Source: a bacterium (lineage in GTDB: Bacteria > Electryoneota > Electryoneia > Electryoneales > Electryoneaceae). Taken from it: 64,000 nucleotides of DNA. The first letter of the stretch is position 1; every line of letters begins with the position of its first letter. The position numbers were made by a program, and so were the translations under genes. The stretch spans positions 4,320,001 to 4,384,000 of the forward strand of contig OY769902.1 in assembly GCA_963669175.1 (NCBI GenBank), in the 5' to 3' direction. Below are positions 61,101 through 64,000 of this stretch, one piece after another. The notes beneath the pieces were generated by a model. That model was not told where the DNA came from and made no database searches. It saw only the letters and a list, made by a program, of their open reading frames with translations.

Positions 61101-64000
61101 TTCGCTGTTCGTCTGGTTATGATCCTCATCTTCAGCGATCACAGTCCAGTAATAGGTGACTTCATCAACACCGTCAAAGGTGAAGGTTGTATCGGCAAGG
61201 TTCTGACCGAAGCGTGTACCCAGGTCATTTTCAGACAGGGACAGGTACACATCATAGCTCACATCGCCACCATCAGGATCGATGGATGTGTTCCAGACCA
61301 GGTCCACAGCCTCCATGCCAACCAGCGCCTCATCTTCCGGAGAAATCAGGGCAAAGGCGGTCGGCGGGTTGCTGACGTTGCTCAGGTCAATGCTGACACT
61401 CCAGGTCTCGCTTGCCTGGGTGACATTGTCGTCCTCATCGGTAGCGCGTACGGTCCACCAGTAGGTGCCTCCATCCTGCCCGGTGAAGCTGAAGGATGTT
61501 TCTTCAAGATTCGCCGCCATCCGTGTTCCGAGATAACCTTCAATCGTAGACACGTACACCGAATACACGACATCCTGATCATCCGGATCAACCGCGGCAA
61601 ACCAGCTCAGGTCAATCTGCGTATAGGGTAGCACATTGCCGCTATCAGGCGCCGCAAGGCTGAATGCGTTCGGCGGATTACCCACAACCGTAGCATCGAT
61701 GGTGAAGCTGAACGTATCGCTGGCTGCTGTGCTGTTATCGTTGACATCGGTTGCGGTTACTGTCCAGTAGTAGGTGTCACCGTCTGTTCCGGTGTAAGCG
61801 TAGGAAGTGGCTTCATGATCGGTTACGACAGCAGCACCCATGTTCGCCAGATCAGTACTGACAAACAGGCTATAGGTGACTTCATCGCCATCCGGGTCAA
61901 TCGATTCGTACCAGCTCAGGTCCGCAGTGGTTGTGCGGATGGTACTGCCACTGTCCGGCGCGGCGAGGGTAAAGGCTCCCGGCGGATCTTCCACGAAGAT
62001 GTGGAAGCTCCAGGTTTCACTCGCCTGTGTCCAGTTGCCGTTTTCATCGACAGCACGAACCGTCCACCAGTACTCGGTATCATCGGTAGCGGTGAAGTCC
62101 CAGGTAGTTGTGGTCAAACCTGATACCAGTCGTGTACCGAGGAAACCGTCAACCGTGGAAACGTACAGCTCGTAGGTCACATCATCGCCGTCCGGGTCAG
62201 TAGCCGCGTTCCACTGGAATGTTACCGCCAGATCGTTGAGGGTAGATTCATCTGCCGGTGCGATCAGGCTGAAGTCGTTGGGTTCACTACCAACAACCGT
62301 CTCATCAACACTGAAGCTCCACTGCTGAGAAGCTCCGGTCCAGAGACCGTAAGCATCAACCGCAATCACCGTCCACCAGTAGGTTACACCATCTGTTCCG
62401 GTGAAGCTGTAGGACGCTCCTTCCTGACCTTCCGAGACACGGTTGCCAAGGAAGCCCTGCACCATCGAGATGTAGACATCGTACGTGACGATATCGCCAT
62501 CCGGGTCAACCGCTTCGAACCAGCTCAAGTCAACTTCCGGGTTGACTGATACCCAACCACTATCCGGAGCGGCCAGGTCAAACGCCAACGGCGGTTGATT
62601 CTGCGGCGGGACCGTACCTGTATCAATGCTGAAGGACCAGGTCTGGTCGGCCTGTGTCCACATGCCGTCTTCATCGATCGCACGGACTGTCCACCAGTAG
62701 GACTCCCCTTCAATTCCGGTGAAGATGTGTGAGGTTCCGGTCAGGTTTGCTGCGACACGGGTTCCCTGGAAGGCGATATCGTTGGATACATATACATCAT
62801 AGGTAATCGCTCCACCATCAGGATCTGTCGTCTCTTCCCAGGTCAATGCCACATCCTGCATGGTTGAGGTGTAACCATCTTCCGGAGTCAGCAGATCAAA
62901 CGCCACAGGCTCATCACCCGGGATATCTGTATCGACACTGAAACTCCAGGTTTCGTTTGCAGCAGTCCAGTAACCATCAACATCCACAGCGCGTACCGTC
63001 CACCAGTACGTCTGATCATCAATGCCGGTGAATTGGTATGATGTACCAGTCAGGTTGGCCGCGACACGAGCGCCCAGGTCAGCAGGATCATAGCTGACGT
63101 ACACATCGTATACGATATCTCCGCCTTCCGGATCGGAAGACGCTTCCCAACTTAACAGTACATCTGCGACAAACGAGGCATAGCCATTATCCGGTCCGGC
63201 AAGGCCGAATGCAACCGGCGGCCAGCCCGGAATGGTTGTATCAATGTTGAACGACCAGGTTTCGGTAGACTGTGTCTGGTTGCCGTTGCTATCGACAGCC
63301 TTCACGGTCCACCAGTACGTATCACCATCCTGACCGTTCCAGGTATAGGACAGGGCATCCAGACCCTGCGCCACACGCTGACCGATGAAACCTTCCACAG
63401 TACTGATGTAGACATCGTAGGTAACCGCGTCGTCGTCAGGATCAACCGACTCAAACCAGCTCAGGTCCACATCGGTGTACGGTGAACTGTATTCATCATC
63501 AGGCCCGGCAAGGCTGAACGCGCCTGGCGGATTACCGATTGCTTCTTCTTCGATGGTGAAGCTCAGGGTATCATCGGCTGCGGTACTGTTTCCGGCATCA
63601 TCATGCGCGAATACTGTCCAGTAGTAGGTCGCGTCACGTTCGCCGTCAAACTCGTACGAGTTGCCGTCCAGATCACTGACAATCGCTTCACCAAGATCAT
63701 CCGGATCAAGGCTGATGTAGACATCGTACTGTACGTCATCACCATCCGGGTCCGTAGTGGTTTCCCAACTGAGCAGTACCAGTGTATCCGCAGACTGGAA
63801 ACCGTCTTCCGGGCTGACCAGCGTAAATGGCAGCGGCGGTTCCTGGACAAAGATATCGAAACTCCAGGTTTCGCTTGCAGGTGTAACATGGCCACTCGGA
63901 TCAAGCGCCTGTACGGTCCACCAGTACTGACCACCGTCAACACCGGTGAAGGTCCAGCTTGTATTGGTCAGATCCTGTGCGACACGCTGGCCGAGGGTGT
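58113..64000 (-). CDS. Giant secreted FN3-like repeat protein with C-terminal sorting domain (5' end outside window)
   Basis: More than 15 repeats P.AF.L..P...L.W....DPDG..V.Y...TYWWTV.A.D...W.F; frame stays open upstream of 63470 to the window edge; YPNPCNP...RKIVFLK. Confidence 0.9.
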   Translation of the reverse strand, partial: TLGQRVAQDLTNTSWTFTGVDGGQYWWTVQALDPSGHVTPASETWSFDIFVQEPPLPFTLVSPEDGFQSADTLVLLSWETTTDPDGDDVQYDVYISLDPDDLGEAIVSDLDGNSYEFDGERDATYYWTVFAHDDAGNSTAADDTLSFTIEEEAIGNPPGAFSLAGPDDEYSSPYTDVDLSWFESVDPDDDAVTYDVYISTVEGFIGQRVAQGLDALSYTWNGQDGDTYWWTVKAVDSNGNQTQSTETWSFNIDTTIPGWPPVAFGLAGPDNGYASFVADVLLSWEASSDPEGGDIVYDVYVSYDPADLGARVAANLTGTSYQFTGIDDQTYWWTVRAVDVDGYWTAANETWSFSVDTDIPGDEPVAFDLLTPEDGYTSTMQDVALTWEETTDPDGGAITYDVYVSNDIAFQGTRVAANLTGTSHIFTGIEGESYWWTVRAIDEDGMWTQADQTWSFSIDTGTVPPQNQPPLAFDLAAPDSGWVSVNPEVDLSWFEAVDPDGDIVTYDVYISMVQGFLGNRVSEGQEGASYSFTGTDGVTYWWTVIAVDAYGLWTGASQQWSFSVDETVVGSEPNDFSLIAPADESTLNDLAVTFQWNAATDPDGDDVTYELYVSTVDGFLGTRLVSGLTTTTWDFTATDDTEYWWTVRAVDENGNWTQASETWSFHIFVEDPPGAFTLAAPDSGSTIRTTTADLSWYESIDPDGDEVTYSLFVSTDLANMGAAVVTDHEATSYAYTGTDGDTYYWTVTATDVNDNSTAASDTFSFTIDATVVGNPPNAFSLAAPDSGNVLPYTQIDLSWFAAVDPDDQDVVYSVYVSTIEGYLGTRMAANLEETSFSFTGQDGGTYWWTVRATDEDDNVTQASETWSVSIDLSNVSNPPTAFALISPEDEALVGMEAVDLVWNTSIDPDGGDVSYDVYLSLSENDLGTRFGQNLADTTFTFDGVDEVTYYWTVIAEDEDHNQTNSETWSFTIHTSGVPAQFALLLPEDGAHINDDTVTVSWEETFDPDNGDPITYHLEVAADAQFTSYFTFITDEQEWTLTDWFALAAELSVNGGDQVEKQDDGFASLASSSRGNTFGSMEVSLGSSVALGSHNEGDSELDELPDDVTIYWRVRAFDNDNLYTYADPGEDGREFSTDQYEAPEAFSLVSPADEDTAWSTSEVLSWDASTDPDPYDTPSYDVWIAQNSRMLNATLEADSIEDTEFTFADLEDDHTYWWTVRATDSNTEGTWAEDTLSLHVYIVEPPEAFTLAYPNDEDTVALEAVTVRWNSADDPDPGDEVSYEVQWSADANFMSVFTEITTDTFLTISDLEEVMTSIGTGGNGISGDDGLASFSPRNGILATGSMQVAGEKRTEVTGFASSTSKKKASVFGAESGIATASNQFGSASEIDDSRCGATGELDELPDNTTIYWRVRAIDSFDSTTWANGNDDGWSFEVIRPDAPTTFSLLTPDNGSSLTETATTLSWEVSTDPDLDDEVATYRVWWATNADFEDADSADVTEPTLAMDDLIDDTVYWWKVRALDDNTNGTLSRQVFAFQVYIPEAPNGFNLSGPANGSTVAEDSVLLTWRNTTDPDPGDSVTFVLDYSTSSDYNSASTFTETLRDTALLLDDLENTFDNETVYWRVRAVDIFGLERWCSSGSNGRHFKVRIAHAPVAFDLVYPEKKAVIADTTVSFTWQESSDPDFEDTLRYELLLSLDPQFPDVKTLVYDAIEAAQFHATGLQDDRTYYWKVRAVDTNTEGTWSTSSGNFTTARPQAPTAFELARVADGDTLNVDDIRNLLFTWKASVDPDPNQDVKYRLILEQDSVAIEDAVYMDLMVTESPSIVLEVAPELSHRFWDSTLHFTWYVQAISAGDTVESDSRFQFHVEPNRKDIPSRFSMGAPYPNPCNPTTQVHVGLPRAAHVRIEVFDMLGRRVDIVTSQQYAAGYHAFHWTAKGASGTYIMRVSTSEGWSDIRKIVFLK

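Noticed and set aside
63563-63943. Separate 126-aa gene
   Set aside because: Alternative frame within the giant FN3-repeat gene, whose frame continues to the window edge.

Overview
Bacterial chromosomal window, about 50% GC by eye with AT-rich islands. It is probably from an FCB-superphylum lineage (inference from six secreted proteins ending in a YPNPFN...K C-terminal sorting domain and a Bacteroidota-like insertion in AtpD). Core content: TRAP transporter, saccharopine dehydrogenase, two PEP-synthase-like ATP-grasp proteins (one fused to a nucleotidyltransferase), a complete F1Fo ATP synthase operon, bactofilin/M23/rlmB, csp, an anti-sigma/STAS/MBL/DHH cluster, glutamate dehydrogenase, ferredoxin, and many large secreted repeat proteins. 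There are three insertion elements: an IS110/IS1111-type element whose non-coding end carries a visible guide match to its own target, an IS3, and, most notably, a 1790-bp element (45595-47384) with 22-bp terminal inverted repeats and a 4-bp target duplication that encodes only two DUF1670-like HTH proteins and no recognisable transposase. Other highlights: a recurring ELDE/ELDD motif closing propeptides and inserted loops of secreted proteins, a catalytically dead papain-like protein, a poly-T frameshift in a signal peptide, a duplicated two-gene module with a 128-bp identical 3' tract, and REP-like palindrome clusters. All family assignments are from motif recognition only; no searches were run.
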